Shown here: piece after piece, positions 63,250 through 64,000 of the stretch | Layout of the letters: each line of letters opens with the position of its first letter | Numbering within the stretch: the first letter of the stretch is position 1 | Virus record (IMG/VR): IMGVR_UViG_3300032261_000561 | Length of the DNA: 64,000 nucleotides | Strand: one strand, 5' to 3' | Source of the DNA: a virus | Program-made: the position numbers and the translations under genes | Notes under the pieces: generated by a model | Seen by the model: only the letters and a program-made list of their open reading frames with translations | The model's database searches: none | Told to the model about the DNA's origin: nothing

Positions 63250-63720
63250 CTAAACATTACTACTGTAGCAATACTGCCAGGTGATGGTCTTGGGCAGCGT
63301 CATGGTAGCGATGGTGATGTTCTCGCCCGCGTCCAAGTCGGTGATCGCGGTGGAGTGATAGACCAGCGAGCGCATGATGCCCTGCGGGGCCTTGATCACC
63401 TTCTGCAGCGTGACCGATCCGAGCGTGACTTGTCGCTTGAGAACGTCCAGCAAAGTCCAGGTGCCCTGTAGACCTGGGAGCATCTGCCAAACAGGTTCGT
63501 TCCAAAGCTCATAGAATGTACCACGCATTGTACCAACCCCAACCGCTTGTGCCGTAACGATTTCCAGTGGGACGGACTCGTCAATGGGCTGTACCGCTTG
63601 GGCCGCTGCAACGGGGGTGGGCTGCGTGTCGTTGATGACTTGAAGCCACGCCATCCGCAAACCTTGATACATCATGGTGGTAAAGCCGGAACCACCAACG
63701 CGTGTCTGTGACGGAGCCAC
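63250..63720 (-). CDS. Tail tube protein
   Basis: 156 aa following the sheath; AGGAGGAG RBS; beta-rich tube-like pattern. Confidence 0.7.
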   Translation of the reverse strand: MAPSQTRVGGSGFTTMMYQGLRMAWLQVINDTQPTPVAAAQAVQPIDESVPLEIVTAQAVGVGTMRGTFYELWNEPVWQMLPGLQGTWTLLDVLKRQVTLGSVTLQKVIKAPQGIMRSLVYHSTAITDLDAGENITIATMTLPKTITWQYCYSSNV

Positions 63721-63732
63721 GTCTCCTCCTTG

Positions 63733-64000
63733 TTACTGGGTGCTTTGCAGCGTGTTGGACGGCCCGCCGAAGTCGGTGATCGACGAGCTGGCCGGAGCGG
63801 TGATGGTCGTCGAGGTGGCCGTAGTCGACGTCGCGTTGGAGATGTTGCTGGTAGTGCCCTGCTGGGTGATGTTCCCCGACGTCAAACTGATATTGAAGGT
63901 CACGACTATATAGTTGAGTGGGAATGCCGGAAGCCAGCTGTAGCTAACTTCGATTACATCAGGGTTGGTCAGCAATTGCCGGGCTTCAAGACCGAAGTAG
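63733..64000 (-). CDS. Tail sheath protein, C-terminal part (5' end outside window)
   Basis: ...NPDVIEVSYSWLPAFPLNYIVVTFNI matches sheath C-termini. Confidence 0.75.
   Translation of the reverse strand, partial: YFGLEARQLLTNPDVIEVSYSWLPAFPLNYIVVTFNISLTSGNITQQGTTSNISNATSTTATSTTITAPASSSITDFGGPSNTLQSTQ

Larger units (their letters stand above)
1..64000 (-). mobile_element. Segment of a myovirus-type actinobacteriophage genome (phage, prophage or phage-plasmid)
   Basis: Dense co-oriented genes with overlapping start/stop codons; tail sheath/tube, tape measure, baseplate J, tail-collar genes; phage-type replisome; LysB-like domains suggest a mycolic-acid-containing host. Confidence 0.93.

Noticed and set aside
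1-64000. Many long plus-strand ORFs (e.g. 11854..13560, 55264..56775, 59428..60738, 5122..6279, 20768..21940)
   Set aside because: They are antisense shadows of well-supported minus-strand genes, expected in high-GC DNA; no motifs or RBS

Overview
This window is about 64 kb of a high-GC tailed bacteriophage genome, almost all on the minus strand. Inference from protein motifs: a contractile-tailed (myovirus-type) phage of Mycobacteriales, organised like the Bxz1/cluster C-type mycobacteriophages. From right to left it contains: (i) a tail and baseplate module (sheath end, tube, frameshifted chaperone, tape measure, hub with peptidoglycan hydrolases, spike and fibre genes, baseplate J, wedge proteins; ~31.3-64 kb); (ii) an accessory region of small genes with repeated regulatory motifs and an inverted plus-strand island (SNF2 helicase, HTH, 2OG-Fe(II) oxygenase, ParB-like; ~17.6-31.2 kb); (iii) a replication and recombination operon (DnaC-like loader, DnaB, primase, J-domain protein, SSB, DnaE, RecA, two resolvases, Cas4-like nuclease, sigma region-4 protein; 1-17.6 kb). 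Most unusual observations: a baseplate protein with two tandem LysB/cutinase-like domains, both lacking the nucleophile Ser; a 263-aa intein in baseplate J; a class-III aminotransferase lacking its PLP lysine; a possible oxygenase/ParB/glycosyltransferase modification module; two probable non-canonical AUU/AUC starts; two families of repeated promoter/operator motifs; and a candidate three-hairpin small RNA. No capsid, terminase, lysis cassette, integrase, tRNA or CRISPR array was recognised. All calls come from motif recognition by eye; no database searches were run.
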